A stretch of 64,000 nucleotides of DNA, from positions 2,852,001 to 2,916,000 of the forward strand of contig CM035351.1 of the NCBI GenBank assembly GCA_020137815.1, given 5' to 3'. The notes under the pieces are model-generated. The model did not search any database. It was not told the origin of the DNA and saw nothing but the letters and a program-made list of their open reading frames with translations. The first letter of the stretch is position 1. Every line of letters begins with the position of its first letter. The position numbers and the translations under genes are program-made. Shown piece after piece: positions 1-24,279 of this stretch. Origin of the DNA: Hormiphora californensis (Eukaryota > Animalia > Ctenophora).

Positions 1-1058
1 GATCAGGGAAAGCTTCGTTGCAAATTTTGTTCCCATTATATACCTGTGCAGTGTATGTAAGTGCCCTGTCCTTGTTTCAGGCCATGATTGAATTGTCCAT
101 CGTAAGTGCTTCCATCTGCGAATGTCATGTTACCATGACCATGTGGTTTATCCGACACCCACCCTCCCTCATACTTCCTGCCATCAGCCCACACCTAGAG
201 AGGTACAGGTGACTGTTAGGAAGAGGTCTGAGAACTAGGCGCGAGTCCAGACTCCTGATAATTTGATAGTAATTGAAATCAAAATACGGGTGTTGCAACA
301 CAACGATGAACGATATAATGTTTGCAGTTAGTTATCACGCCTAAGGAGATCCTATTTTTACCTGTTCCCCATCGCCATGTCGTTTGTGAAGGTGAAACTG
401 TCCAGTAAAGATGTCCCCACTGTCACTCAACAACATTCCATTCCCCTCGTACTTATTCTCTAGCCACTGACCCTCGTACCTTCTCCCATCACCATACTTC
501 ATCTGCCCCTTCCCACTCAGCTCACCCATTTCAAACTCTCCTAAAACGAGTCTGATTATCAAAATAAGTCGTACAAGTGTTATATTACCATGGCGTGTAT
601 TTGATGTATTTTCAGTTGCCATGCTGACAATCTTTTTCTGCAAAGTTTTAGGAACATTTTGACAAACCAGTGTAAAAGTTTCCATTGCTCCAGGACCGTT
701 CTCCTCTCCCAGTTATTTCCCCGTTATTAAAATCACCCTTATAGTATCCCCCATCTCTCATCTGGAGTGTTCCTTTGCCGTGCTTCACACCTGGAAACAC
801 GCGGTTACAGGAACAGAATTTTACTTGCCTTGGTCGACCCTCTCTCTCTCTCTGCCCCCGGGTTTGAACAAAACATAGATTTACAATTCATATGGACCAC
901 TTGATTTTGTATATACAATGTCACGTACCTTCGATCCATGAGCCGTCATATGAAAAGAAGGAATTGTGGTAATTGTACTTTCCCTGACCGTGTCTGATCT
1001 GGTTCACAATTTGTCCAACATATTTTCCGGGTTTTTCAGATTTATCGGCAGTCGGCAT
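1..1058 (-). CDS. MORN1: MORN repeat-containing protein 1, 5' part; multi-exon (approx. 929-1058, 669-791, 362-540, <195), runs off the window start
   Basis: Spliced translation MPTADKSEKPGKYVGQIVNQIRHGQGKYNYHNSFFSYDGSWIEG / VKHGKGTLQMRDGGYYKGDFNNGEITGRG / GEFEMGELSGKGQMKYGDGRRYEGQW...KRHGDG gives tandem MORN repeats. The 'NSFFxYxGxW' and 'GEITG' segments are MORN1-like. GT-AG introns. Confidence 0.85.
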
Positions 1059-1514
1059 CCTACAAAATCAGAAATCAGCATTTAATTTCGGTTTTTCTCG
1101 TTCCATTTGAAGATAAGGGTTTTTGGATTGTGCTGAGTGATTGGTTGAGTTGCTTGCTGCAAATTAGCATTGTCGATAATGCCCAGGTCTGCACCACGTG
1201 ACCAGTTTCAACCAATCACAACACATAACAGCTCCATCACGATTCACGCACACGTGACCCACACGTCATAAGGGCTGTTTTGAGCTGTAATTGGTTGAAA
1301 CTGGTCACGCGGAATGCTCACTAGTTTCCGGGTTGCTCCTTAAAACGATGGCCGGATTTTAGTCGGATTTTTTGTCACCCGGCACCCCCAAACTCACGTG
1401 TGACGTGCAATTTGCATGTGATATTTATCCATTTTAGAGCCGTATAATACACTTTAACATGTGATTGATGCGCAAAAAGAGCGCACGAGAAGGTAGGCTT
1501 AAAAATCCGACTTT

Positions 1515-1730
1515 AAACTAGAATTTTTTAAGCTTTCAAATTTCTTTCAAATTTCAAATGACCATAACTCCGGTTCCTGATGAGATAGAGACTTGGAATT
1601 TGGAGGTTAGGAAGATCATGCCAAATTCTTTCGAACCTCGAAATTTCAAGTCTGTATCTTATCACGAACCGGAGATATAATGACGAATTTTATCATTTTG
1701 AGAAACGTCACTCGTTTTTAAATCCGTCTC
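1515..1730. mobile_element. Palindromic MITE, GATAGAGACTTGAAATTTG core family (degenerate copy)
   Basis: Hairpin core similar to copies at 36150-36358 and 62668-62888; adjacent AGTCGGATTTTT...AAAAATCCGACT inverted repeat at ~1361-1512. Confidence 0.6.
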
Positions 1731-2740
1731 GGGCTTCTTTTTTACTCAAAATTACACTGCGCGGCGCGAACATCGCACTTGAAAAGAAGAATTTGCGCGT
1801 CTTTGAATCGCCGCGCCATTTGAGATTTATCGCGTCGCGCGTCACGCTCCATGCCAATGTTACAGAATTATACCTGTACCCAGTGCCCATCATTCAACCC
1901 AGATTGAATACACTTTTTTGAGATTCGTTGGACATTCTCTAAGTCTAAAGGTAGTAGCTACACAAGCAAACAAAAACCAATGATGTTGTTATTGCAGACA
2001 CGAGTAAAAATTTCACAAATTTTGATAACAAAACTTGCAGTGCTCTCGTCTTGCAGCTGCCACAATCAATATTATCTAATCTGTAAAAGCATTTCACACT
2101 CACACACTCACACTCACACTCACACAGACACACAAACTTTTTCAAATTTCCATTTTGTAAATGTAACTGTAGTTTCACTTTGTTCAAAATTGTCACGTTA
2201 TGATTATCTAAACACACAGTCTCCTTGATCAAAACAGATTTTCGTACAACTAACTAAAACGAACATATCATATTATATATTGTTTACACAACAATTGTGT
2301 CAGTAAGTCCATCACAAAAATAATTTCGAAAAACTGGCTGGGGTAATATTTGTAACTCCTTTCTTCGTCTATAATTATAGTGTTGTGGTATAGCGAATAA
2401 GAGGAACTTTATAAAATACACGCACACAAATTGTCTACTGCTACTGGTACTCGAAATATATTCGTTCATGTTATATTATAGAACATGAAACTGCGATTTA
2501 AAAGCCCAAACTATACCTCCCCTATATATAATCCCATGTCCCTTTCCCTACTAATAATACACAATTTACCAATCTCTATCCCCCACACATTGCTAAATAA
2601 CAGAATAATGTGAGATATATCGCCCAGCAGAGAGCTACTCCATCCAATTGCTGCTGTTCAGAATCAATTGTTCGTTATCAGAGAGGGTGCGAAGAAGAAG
2701 CGCAAAATTATCTTAAAACTTGCTAAATCCTACGTATGTA

Positions 2741-13416
<10,676 letters not shown>

Positions 13417-13970
13417 TACAGCTGTGTCCTGAATTATCGCATGCTATAGTAGAGTGGGGTAAATCAGTATAATTAGGGATATAATTGTAACTTGTAACAT
13501 GTGTGTGCATTATTCAGATCGGGAGCTATTTGGGCCCTAATAACTCCAGATTTAACTGTTTGCATCATTTGCCATTCATTGCATGAATACTGCAGCGAAT
13601 ACACTGAAATAGAAAGGGGGTTCAGTATTCCAATGGGTGGCGGGGGTGCAGTTATCAGTTATCACTATGAGGTCATGTGTTTCTATAGAACCCCCTGCTA
13701 AATATGGCAATATATGCAACAAACAAATGTATTGGCAACGCAGTATGATCACAGTATCTGCATGTTCACGTCATGCATTGTGACGTAACATGATAAGTTT
13801 TTGTAACAGGATAAACTGTTAGATTTGACGTGCACTTCATCATAGAATAAACATGAGCGGGACGAAAGTGTAGTATGTTTTGAGACACGTTCTAAGACAC
13901 CCAGAAGCACGATAATGGGATTAGGATATTTGAATATCAGAATTCGGATTATTCGCAACTTGCAAGTATT

Positions 13971-15311
13971 CACGGCGTGCCTGGTGAAATTTTAACACGA
14001 CCTAGCATGCGACGGGAAACCACCACTTGTACGTGGTAGCTGAGGGTCTACAGAATGGCGCTACGGTGCGGGAAAAAACATTCCATTCCCTAAAATCTTT
14101 TTTTTTACTTTTATTTGATTTGGGTCAAAATTGGCTATATTAAACGTGGTCCCGAAAAATCCATAATGACTTAGCACACGAAATATGTCACCCCTACCTA
14201 TTTTTGCACGTAGAATCGATTGCCGTTGAAGTCGAATCTCTAAAATGACTGTAAAATGGTCAAAAGTTGATTTTTTACCATTTTTTGGAGGTTTTTGGCC
14301 CCTAAACCATTGAAAACGTTGAGATAGGAATTTGAAACTAGTGCCAATCGTTAAAATGGTCATTTTTCTACCAAGAACCAAGTTTTCGTGTATATCCGAT
14401 TTATGGTTAGATTTGGGCAAATTGTTGAAATCTGCCAACTAGGAGAACCGTAACTTGATTTTCTTGTTTTTTGGATTTTGGCATTTTCGACAAACTTCTG
14501 ATTGAAATGGTCAATCGGGACCATGCTTAAGTTGTTTATGGGACAATTTTCGACTAAAATCCAAGATTTCATACCAATCCAATAACAGATCGTTGATTTA
14601 TAGAAAATTTAAGTAGGCAAAACGGTGAAAATAAGCAAGAAAAGTTGTTATTTTGACCGTTTTGCCTACTTAAATTTTCTATAAATCAACGATCTGTTAT
14701 TGGATTGGTATGAAATCTTGGATTTTAGTCGAAAATTGTCCCATAAACAACTTAAGCATGGTCCCGATTGACCATTTCAATCAGAAGTTTGTCGAAAATG
14801 CCAAAATCCAAAAAACAAGAAAATCAAGTTACGGTTCTCCTAGTTGGCAGATTTCAACAATTTGCCCAAATCTAACCATAAATCGGATATACACGAAAAC
14901 TTGGTTCTTGGTAGAAAAATGACCATTTTAACGATTGGCACTAGTTTCAAATTCCTATCTCAACGTTTTCAATGGTTTAGGGGCCAAAAACCTCCAAAAA
15001 ATGGTAAAAAATCAACTTTTGACCATTTTACAGTCATTTTAGAGATTCGACTTCAACGGCAATCGATTCTACGTGCAAAAATAGGTAGGGGTGACATATT
15101 TCGTGTGCTAAGTCATTATGGATTTTTCGGGACCACGTTTAATATAGCCAATTTTGACCCAAATCAAATAAAAGTAAAAAAAAAGATTTTAGGGAATGGA
15201 ATGTTTTTTCCCGCACCGTAGCGCCATTCTGTAGACCCTCAGCTACCACGTACAAGTGGTGGTTTCCCGTCGCATGCTAGGTCGTGTTAAAATTTCACCA
15301 GGCACGCCGTG
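13971..15311. mobile_element. 1341-bp palindromic non-autonomous DNA transposon, Chapaev-like
   Basis: Arms 13971-14626 and 14656-15311 are reverse complements (mirror-image identical ORFs in the ORF track); termini CACGG...CCGTG; 4-bp TSD TATT. Confidence 0.85.
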
Positions 15312-17151
15312 TATTATCAGGTTTAGCAAATAGTAGTTTGTGAACGCTCTTGTATTTGACAAGTCTACAGTTTCAGGTTGGCAGCACATATTCCTTCCCC
15401 TTTCGTCATGGACCACGTGACGTCAGCAACTGGAGAAGACATAGAGGACCGTAATTGCCAAACTAGGAACCGGGGAGGGGCCAGAACTCATTTTAAACCT
15501 AGGATTTATATTTTTGAAAGTAGTTTCAAACGGTTAGGGAAACAATTCGCATTTTTAAAGATCAAATAATATCACACGCCGTGCGTCTGAGGGCTTCACA
15601 CAGGAATCACGCACCTCTATAGGGAGCCTATGTTCACATGAAATAAATTAAAAATATATCTTTGATGCTGCTAGGCTAGATTTACAGTTAGAGAGGGGAG
15701 GCGCCCCAAGTTAAGGAGTGGCTGTGGTAATGCAATTGGAACATTCATGTGATGAGTAGCTGAAATGATGGAATAATTATAGTATATTGTCGGTATCATG
15801 TAACTGAAAAAGTTGAGCTTGAGCTTAGACAGAAAGATGGGGAAAGTGTCACTCTGTCGCAGTTCGTACGGCAGGAAATTTCAAGGACTTGGTGGCCCTG
15901 TGGCAGCGTATTATATCTATGTATTTTGTTTTTAACTTTTTTTTCACTTTTCAGTGTGTTAGATACGACGCAATCAATCAGACCCTTAGAAATAGGAATT
16001 GTTTACTGTGTTATCTGATATATTTAGCTAAATTCACTTTACTTTATACTGATTTGAAGATATCGGAACAAGATTTTTAATATCTTCTCTGGCTGCTAAT
16101 CTCACTTTCTCTCTCACACAAACACGCCCTACTGTTCAACAGTGAAGGGGAAACATACAGCGGGCAGATCACGGTTGTGGAAGAATGGTTGGTTAATTAT
16201 CAATGATGAGATCTGTTCAGGATTAAATAGGGAGGAAAATTAGAAAAATGTCTCCCTATTTAATCCTGAACAGATCTCATCATTGATGATTTGAAGATAG
16301 CTCATCGGGTTCTTAGGCCCTATTTTCGAGGAGTAATTGAAAAAGGACCAAAAAACATGTGAAGTTTGGTGAGTAAAAGCCTAGCGACCAGCGAACTGTC
16401 AAAACTTAGACAAAACTTAGTGAAAATGCCGTCGATTTGAGCAGGAACAGAGCAAAAAAAGAAAAAAGTGGGTTTAAAATTTTGGACTGCAGCTGCAGTT
16501 TCGAGCACAAAATTTTATTTTGACATTATTTCGCGCCGCGCGCTGGAATTTCGCGCGACGCAAGTCAAATGCGCGCCATTTAATCACGTATATTTAAAAA
16601 GTCGCGTTGGATGACCAATGACTGATCTCTGGAAAAGGACACCTGATCTGTAAATCTGACCCGTGGCGAGTACCTGAACTGTTTCTACTTCCTCTTGACC
16701 ATCTGCCCCAGCATCACCTGTCCCCATAGTCCCGTTTAAACAATTAAAACACCTCACTTTAAGAATATCGAATCACAAAACTTGACCAACAATTGGTTTA
16801 GAGGTCGCAATATAATCGCCTGCGACACGACCAGTAAGAGAATTCTATTTTCTCAAACTATAGGCAAAAAACACAAACAATAAATACTATATTTACACAG
16901 TTTGCAGCAACAACGCTACGGTATTATAACACCTCTGAAATATTCAATCTCACTTTCTCTGTCTCTCTCTCTGTCTCACTCCTTTTTATCTCTCATCACG
17001 TAAAAACGATAGTATCTCGGTATATGGAGAACTTATAAAACTAGCAAGTTAAATATGTATCCATCCACATAGAAACTCATTAAAAAAACGTTAAAAACAC
17101 TGCAAGCTATGAAAATGGGTGTCCCTGGCGAGGGCAATGTGTATTAGAGAT

Positions 17152-20100
17152 CTAGTTAAGGAATCCCCGGCACAAAGCGGACATACACAAGCAGCGGATC
17201 TTGTTGGCCTCCTCTTCGATTGCAAACTTGTAGTCATATGTGATCTCCTCTCCCTGTGCAATGTCCCTTTTGGAGTAGATAACAATCTTCTTCTTCGTCC
17301 CTACTGAGATGACTCGGGCGTAGCAATTCGGCTGAAAAGGGGGGGGGGGTTACAACTTGGCAAGGGGGGGGGGGGGTATGTTACAAATCGGCCAAAACAA
17401 GGACAGAGTGTCAAAATGAAAATGTAATATATGGAAATAGCAGGAAGTGGTGAACATATAACTTACATCACAGTTATGGTTGATGAATCGGGAGATACTG
17501 CCACGGTGTGTAGCGTCCACAATGTAACTGCTCTGATCGATCCGGAACAGATAACTCGATCCAATTCCCATTTTCTCGTACTTCACTTCCCGGATGTTGG
17601 CAATTATCTCTCGGACAACCTGACCCACGTACTCGATTACCATCTCATCAGCAATGATGGGTTCCTGAGCGAACAGTCCCCAGTCGTGGATATCTGACCG
17701 CTGGAACTGAACCAACTTTCGCCGAGTCTGAAAGAAGGGATATTGAATATACACATATAATCAGTTTCTGTCACGGTTGAAAATAGTGTGTTAGTTACAA
17801 AGGAGCTGTATCATTGCCAGAATGTTTCATGCGACATCCCTTGCATTTAAAATCAATTCAGAAGACTTAAAAACTTTGTTCCCTTACCGATAACTGTTGG
17901 AACTGTAGGTCTGGTACATCCAGATAATGGGTAGCCTGGCGTCTCTGAAGTGCCCTGGTACTCCGGGCCGACTGTTTTCCATCCACCTTCTTAACCGGAG
18001 CAACTGGGACCTCTTCAGGGGCGGTAGTGGTAGTACCAGTTCCATTCTCAGCAGTCAGCAGGCTCTTATTGTGCCCGTTCCGTAGTGCTATCTTTTCTTG
18101 TTTCGTCATCTGAATGGAGGATAGTTGGTCGGTAAATTCGTGATTAAGTTGACGGCAAAAGTAGAGAATATCACCAATATTGGGCGAGAGTAGAGAATAT
18201 CATATCAGTAGAGATACGAATCGTGTGCAGTATAACAACACCCCTCATCCGCAACAAACCTTATAATAGCCCTCAGTCCTCGCACAGCCAGAACGGTGTC
18301 TAAGGTGGTCAGCAGTGGATGCCTGCCTTCTCCTACTGTTCATCATATGCTCAGTAGGACTCAGCCACGTCACACCGTCCATTAATTCTGCATCAGACTC
18401 TATCAGCAGCTCATATGCTTGTTTATAGTAACCCTTCTCCTCCTCTGTAAGATCCTCACGGAACATGGCCTCTAGGAGCTGGACCTCCTCCTCAGGAGTC
18501 CGCACTGCATACCGTGCCGGTGCTATTGGTTCAGGTTCTGAAGGGGTAGGTGGGGTGTTAATAGATAGTACCAGGGGCGGGGGGGGGGGCTATTGGTTCA
18601 GGTTCTGAGGGGGGAGGTGGGGTGTTAATAGTTAGTACCATGGGCGGGCGGGGGCTATTGGTTCAGGTTCTGAGGGGGGAGGTGGGGTGTTAATAGTTAG
18701 TACCAGGGGCGGGGGGGGGGCGGAGGGGCTATTGGTTCAGGTTCTGAAGGGGTAGGTGGGGTGTTAGTAGTTAGTACCAGGGGAGGGGGGCGGGGGGGGG
18801 GGGGCGGAGGGGCTATTGGTTTAGGTTCTGAAAGGTGTAGGTGGGGCGTCAGTACCTAGTTAGTACTAGGGGGCGGAGGGGCTATCGGCTAAGCTTCTGA
18901 GGGGGCATGTGGGGTGTTATTATTTTTTAGTACTGGTGATGAAAGGAAGAGAGAATCATAGTGAATAGGGGTAGAGTGTGAACAGTGACATGTGAACAGT
19001 GAAAAGTGAGTAGTGAAATGTACCTTTGATCTCAGGTTTCTTTTCTTCCTCCTTCTCCTCCTCCTCCTCCTCTTCTTCTTCTTCTTCTTCAGAACTCTCT
19101 GAGCTGGATGAACTGCTGGAGCTGTAGATCGTCTGATACCTGTTACCTTGCTCTGAGAGGGAAAGAGGGAAGTGGTTAACAACATGCTGTTGTAGTAGTT
19201 CCCTGACGGCTGACCCTCCGTCGAATATCGAATCCACAAACAAATGGGAGAAATAAAATGATCCTTACTTCGTCTCTTGACCAGGTCCTCTTCGTCAGGC
19301 TCTTCATCACTCTGCTCCCCAGTCGAATCCATCTTCTGAACCTTGTGGACCTTCTTGACTATCACCTGGGCCCTCAAGCCACGGTTCAACTTGGGTACCT
19401 GCAGGGGGATGGTAGCATTAGAAGCGGCAATTTCACTAGGACATGTAGTAAACATGGTAAAGAAGTGTGATTAATGTCAAGTGAAGTATCTGACAGAGTG
19501 TGTACTAACCTTGAATGTCAGATTTGTCTGCCGAATGTGTGATGTCTGCTTGGCATCACTCATATTCCTCATCTCACTGAGACTGGGCATGTTCGGTACA
19601 TCTGGATCCTCTCCCTGGGCGACCCTCTCCTCCCTCTTCCTAGCCATCAGCTCCTCTTCCTCCCTCTTCTTCCTATCCTCTTCCTCATTCCAGGCCTGCT
19701 CCAGACTACTAAACGCCACCTTCTCCGTTAGGCGAATCTTCAGATCCCTGCTAAGCACATTCTCCATTAGATGGTGTAGCATGTTGAAGGATCTATCTCG
19801 GCGATCAGCTGCCAGTCGCTCCTCCCTTCTTTGCCGCTCTGCTGTCTCCTCTGCCTCCCGTCGAGCTAGGATCTCAGCAGCCCGGGCAGAGGAATAGTAG
19901 TCGGTCGGAGGGTATGCTGCAAAACCACTATACATCTGAGGGGAATGAAAGTGGGTTAGAGTGGGTTTAGTGTTGGCTATAGAGTTAGGTGGGTATAGGT
20001 TAGAAGAATGATCATTAGAAATGGAAAAAAAACTGAAAACACTCACCTCAGGTGCTGCTGGGTAGGTGTTGTGGATCCATTGCCCGTACTGTACGGCAGA

Positions 20101-23100
20101 TGTTGGGGGTAGTACCGGCAGGATGGGTATGGGAGCCACATGTTGCTGAGTAGGTTGTGTTGGGGCGGGTGTTGTGTTCGGTGATATATCCTCCACCTGC
20201 ATCTCAACATCACTCTCCCCTCCCAGGGACATGGAGCTAGTGGACATGCTATCCGGACCGGGATCCTCAGCCTTCGCTCCAATCTCCTTGATTGCAGTGA
20301 TGTCCTTCCTGGGGCATGCCCGACTGCACCCGTAAGGGTTCTCCGTGAGAGTTGAGAAGTCATATTCTGGAGGTGGCGCTGGAACTGGGGCAGGAGGGGG
20401 TCCACCGGAGGAGGGTACGGCAGGAGAGGGCGCAGGGGGTGACACAGAGTGGTAACCTGTATCTCTACTGTTCACACTCTCAGAATTACTACCCTTACCC
20501 GTTTTGGGAGTGGATGGTTTAGGGATTGTAGCCTGCTCTGGTAGAGCTGGACTCCCGTGATGATGGTGGTGATGGTAGGAGGGTGATTTGGATCTCTTCC
20601 GTTTACTATACCTCTCCACGAGATACCCAGCATCGTCCCGGGGCCTCGACCTGCTCTTACCGTCCTTAGGGCTACCATAATGGTGGTGATGGTACTCGCT
20701 ACTCTCCTTGTTGTAAGAGGGACGAGAGGTTGACGCCCCTTTTATCACCTCAGCCACCGCCTTCTTGTAATCAAACTTGGAGGAATCAGATCGGTAATAC
20801 TTGTCGTCATAACGATACTTGTCGTATTTGGACCGTGATGAGGAGGAGGAGTGTTTGTCATCGGGAGGGGGGTACCTGCCCCTATCCTTACTACTACTAC
20901 TACTTTTATAGTATTTCTCATAGTACCCGCTGTAGTAACTTGAGGAGGAAGTGCCGTGGTAGTAACCTGATGGTGGTACCACATCCATTCCATACTTATC
21001 AGAGGATGCCCTCCGCTTCTCTGGCTCCCCGCCAGATGACGGGGGAGGTGGGTATTTGTCTGAGTAATAATCATGGTGCTCCCGGATGTACCGATTTGTT
21101 TTCTCCGCCCGGATCTGCAGTTCATCTCGCATCTTCCACTCCTCGTAGCCGTGTTCAGAGTGAGATTTCCGGCGTTGTTCCTTCTCCAGTTCGTATAGAC
21201 GGGGATCGTGGCGGGGGTCCGGGTCCATTGTCTTGTTGGGTTTATTGTGACGGTGGTGGTGGGATGAGGAGTGGTGGTCGGTCTGGTCCATTGGAGCGGG
21301 GGTAACTTCACGACACTGCTTTTTATTGTTTGGTACCAGATCCTCGTCTTCAGCAATTGGAGATATTTCTGTGGGAGAGAGGAGGGGTTAATTTGGGGGA
21401 GAAAGAAGGGATGATTTGGTCATGATTTGTAAAAATGAAGTGATTTAATGAACCAATCAAAGGAATTACTACGCACCTTCGGCTGGAGGAGTATCAACTT
21501 TCTGGGGTGATTTCTGGGGTGGTTCTCTCTTCGTTGGTGTAGTAAATTCCATCTTCTCAACCTTTCCATAGGATGTCGTGTGAGCGGGTGTATCACCGGG
21601 CTTCCTATCCTTCCCTCGGGCAGTATAGAAACCAGGAGATCGTTCGTTGGTCTTAAACGCAACAGCAGCCGTCTTGTGCTGGTACTTCAACTCCACATGT
21701 TCGATAATCTCGGGGATGTTGGCTGGTTGACCCTTGATCAGGTGATCCAGGACTCGTTTTGTGATGTGACACATCGGGTCAGGTTTCACATGCACCACAT
21801 TGCCCATTATGGAAGTACCGTGGAACTTGGCAATGACCTCCTTGGTGACGGAGGGCAGGGCGAAGGAGACAAAGGCAATGCCGAGGTGTTTCTTTGTCTT
21901 GGGGTGGTAGTAAACCTGAGGAGGAGAGTGATTGTAGTGAATCAAAATATCGTCATTTTAACTTCTACCACACTTTTCCACATACTATAAAATATTTCTA
22001 AACCCAATTTAATCAGTCCGAACTGTACCTTGAGCTGGTCGATCTGGCCAATACAAGAAAACTGTTCTGTCAGAAAATCCTGGTTGACATTGTCGTTCAG
22101 GCCGTAAATGAATATTGACTTCATGACAGGGGAGCCCACTGACCACTTATCAAACTATTGGGGGAAGAATTAGTTGAATTAATCATCTGTATTATTCTTT
22201 CTCCGCCTGTATAAAACAACTTGCCTAGCTAGACCGTCTAGACCGTCAAATGTAAAGGGAGGGATTAGAACAAAACAAAAAACATACGCTTGTAATATTA
22301 GGATTATTTAGGATTATTACCTTGAATTTGGGTATCTTCAGATCGACGAAGAGGGGCGGATCGAGCGAGACTTGCAAAACGGGGATCTCTGATAAGAGTC
22401 GGTACCTCCTGAAATGATAGTGTTAGAGAAATTGATAATGTGTAACTGTCCAAAAGAGGACCTTCACAAAAACCGAGAGAGCGAGGAGGGAGAATAATTA
22501 ATAGACATAAATATCATGTCGTGAGTCGTCATAACAACGACATAAGAGAGACGTGGGACTGGGAAAAACAGCTGGATTATATTGTTACACACTTACATTG
22601 GGTCCTTCAAGGACACCCTCATAACGAATGACCTTTTGAGTTGATTTCCCCTTGAGAGCAGGGTCAATCATTAGCTTCCAGTTCCTGCCGTCATTCTCCG
22701 GTGGAACTAGGAGGGACAAGAGTGTGTTAGGAGGGAAAAGGGGGTGTTAGGAGGGACAAGAGTGTGCTAGGAGGGAAAAGGGGGTGTTAGGAGGGAAAAG
22801 GGGATGTTAGGAGGAAAAGGGGGTGTTAGGAGGGTGTAAGGAGGGTGTTAGGAGGGTGTAAGGAGGGTGTTATAAGGGGCCCCCGTGTTATATGAGGGTG
22901 TAAGGAGGGAGAGAGACTGGAGAAAAGACCAAGATAAGGGAGAGAGACTGGAGACAACGAATGTGACAATTTGTGTAGTGATGTCACAAGTGTTAATTAG
23001 CTAATGACATTTGCCAATCATGGAGTGTATTATGTGGAAGGGATAGAGGGGTTACAAGAAAATATCCAAAACTGACAGACCCGCGTCGTGTCAGTTTTGT

Positions 23101-23241
23101 ATATCTGGCATCTCGCCAGGGCTACTTACCACTCTGGGCGGAGGGAGATGCTCCATGATGTTTGATATCGGCTGCTGGTTTGGTTGTGCTGTGATCGGTT
23201 GGGAGGTATCCAGTCCACTCAGTGACTTTTGACATCACCAT
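17152..23241 (-). CDS. SETD1: Histone H3K4 methyltransferase SETD1/Set1 (RRM, N-SET, SET, post-SET), multi-exon
   Basis: N-terminal [11 protein letters not shown]...IRYEG; RRM ([11 protein letters not shown]...[17 protein letters not shown]...SIMGN); Win motif GCARTEGY; SET domain ([10 protein letters not shown]...MVIEYVG...GSSYLFRID...[13 protein letters not shown]...[19 protein letters not shown]); post-SET CLC...CRGFLN*. Confidence 0.93.
18522..18900. repeat. G-rich minisatellite (~62-75-bp unit, ~6 copies) in a SETD1 intron
   Basis: Repeated GCTATTGGTTCAGGTTCTGA(A/G)GGGG.AGGTGGGGTGTTA...AGTACCAGGGGCG. Confidence 0.9.
22709..22872. repeat. Intronic minisatellite (AGGAGGGAAAAGGGGGTGTT)n
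   Basis: Direct reading; ~20-bp unit next to a SETD1 acceptor. Confidence 0.85.
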
Positions 23242-23319
23242 GGGTTGTTTTATAGTTCCACTTGTTATACACCGAGATCATTAGCGCTGTAGAAATGTTA
23301 GAGCGGGGTTTGAAAAAGT

Positions 23320-24148
23320 GGGGGGGGGCCGGCTGAAGTTTTTGAAGTTTTTGAAGTCAACTTCAAAAACTTCAAAGAGAAACTTAGGGTGGAAAACTTC
23401 AAAAACTTCAAAAACTTCAAAAACTCATATCTCCTTAACCGTTGGAGATAGACCCTATGTTGCTTCATAACTCTTATATAAACTTGCATATTCCGAACAA
23501 GATACACCCCTTTAAAAAGCCTATAGTCACTCATAAACCATTAAAACTGATCTAGCCCAAAAAAGTCATGCGCACACACAAAATTATGAAAATATCCCAT
23601 TATCGCTCGAATTAGATGAGGTGGAGACTTCATTTTGGCACGTACCCCCACTAACTCGAGGCCGCTGATGATTTTGGTGTCCATATTTTTTTCACTACTC
23701 CCTTCATAAAAAATTTGCATTTTGTAAAACTTGCAAAAAGGGTGTGGCCCCCAAAAAAAATTTTGAAAATTTACTTCATAATTTTTAAACACTTTCTTAG
23801 CATTTTCTAGGCAATTTTTTGAGTTATAGAATGAAAATAAAATCAGTTTTTACAAAAAAATTATATTTTTTACACCAAATTGTGCCATGGATTTCATGGC
23901 TAGGAATCATTGTAAATATCCTAATTTGTGGTAGAAAAAGGGCAGAAAAGGACGGATAACTTTGCCACAATATGTATTAAGTATGAAACTAACCTAAACA
24001 AGTGTAATAATAGTCATTGATAGCATATAAAAGTATTTTAGAGTTTTTGAAGTTTTTGAAGTTTTTGAAGTCAACTTCAAAAACTTCAAAAACTCAAAAA
24101 GTAGGGTGGAAAACTTCAAACTTCAAAAACTTCAGCCGGCCCCCCCCC
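23320..24148. mobile_element. Foldback-type non-autonomous element with G9/C9 termini and (GAAGTTTTT)n subterminal repeats
   Basis: GGGGGGGGGCCGGCTGAAGTTTTTGAAG...CTTCAAAAACTTCAGCCGGCCCCCCCCC; exact TSD GAAAAAGT (23312-23319 / 24149-24156). Confidence 0.88.
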
Positions 24149-24279
24149 GAAAAAGTGGGGCAACAAAGAATGGATTAGAGAACAAGTTAGAGTGGATGGT
24201 TAAAATTTACATAATCCGGTACAACTTATAAACAACAGTATACACAAGTAGTTGTAATAAAAAGGGTCCCCGTAATTCA

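Noticed and set aside
1577-1600. CTGATGA...GAAA hammerhead-like spacing in the MITE hairpin core (clearer in the 36204 and 62738 copies)
   Set aside because: No stem II can form, no stem III/UH site, and the mirror arm reads CTGATAA.
14061-15221. Mirror-image identical 125-aa and 70-aa ORFs
   Set aside because: A by-product of the palindromic transposon; no recognisable domain.
19150-19268. Apparent frameshift between SETD1 ORFs 18889-19455 and 18956-19243
   Set aside because: Explained by a short phase-1 GT-AG intron.
19481-21356. Long antisense/alternate-frame ORFs overlapping SETD1
   Set aside because: Shadows of a low-complexity coding exon; no independent signal.
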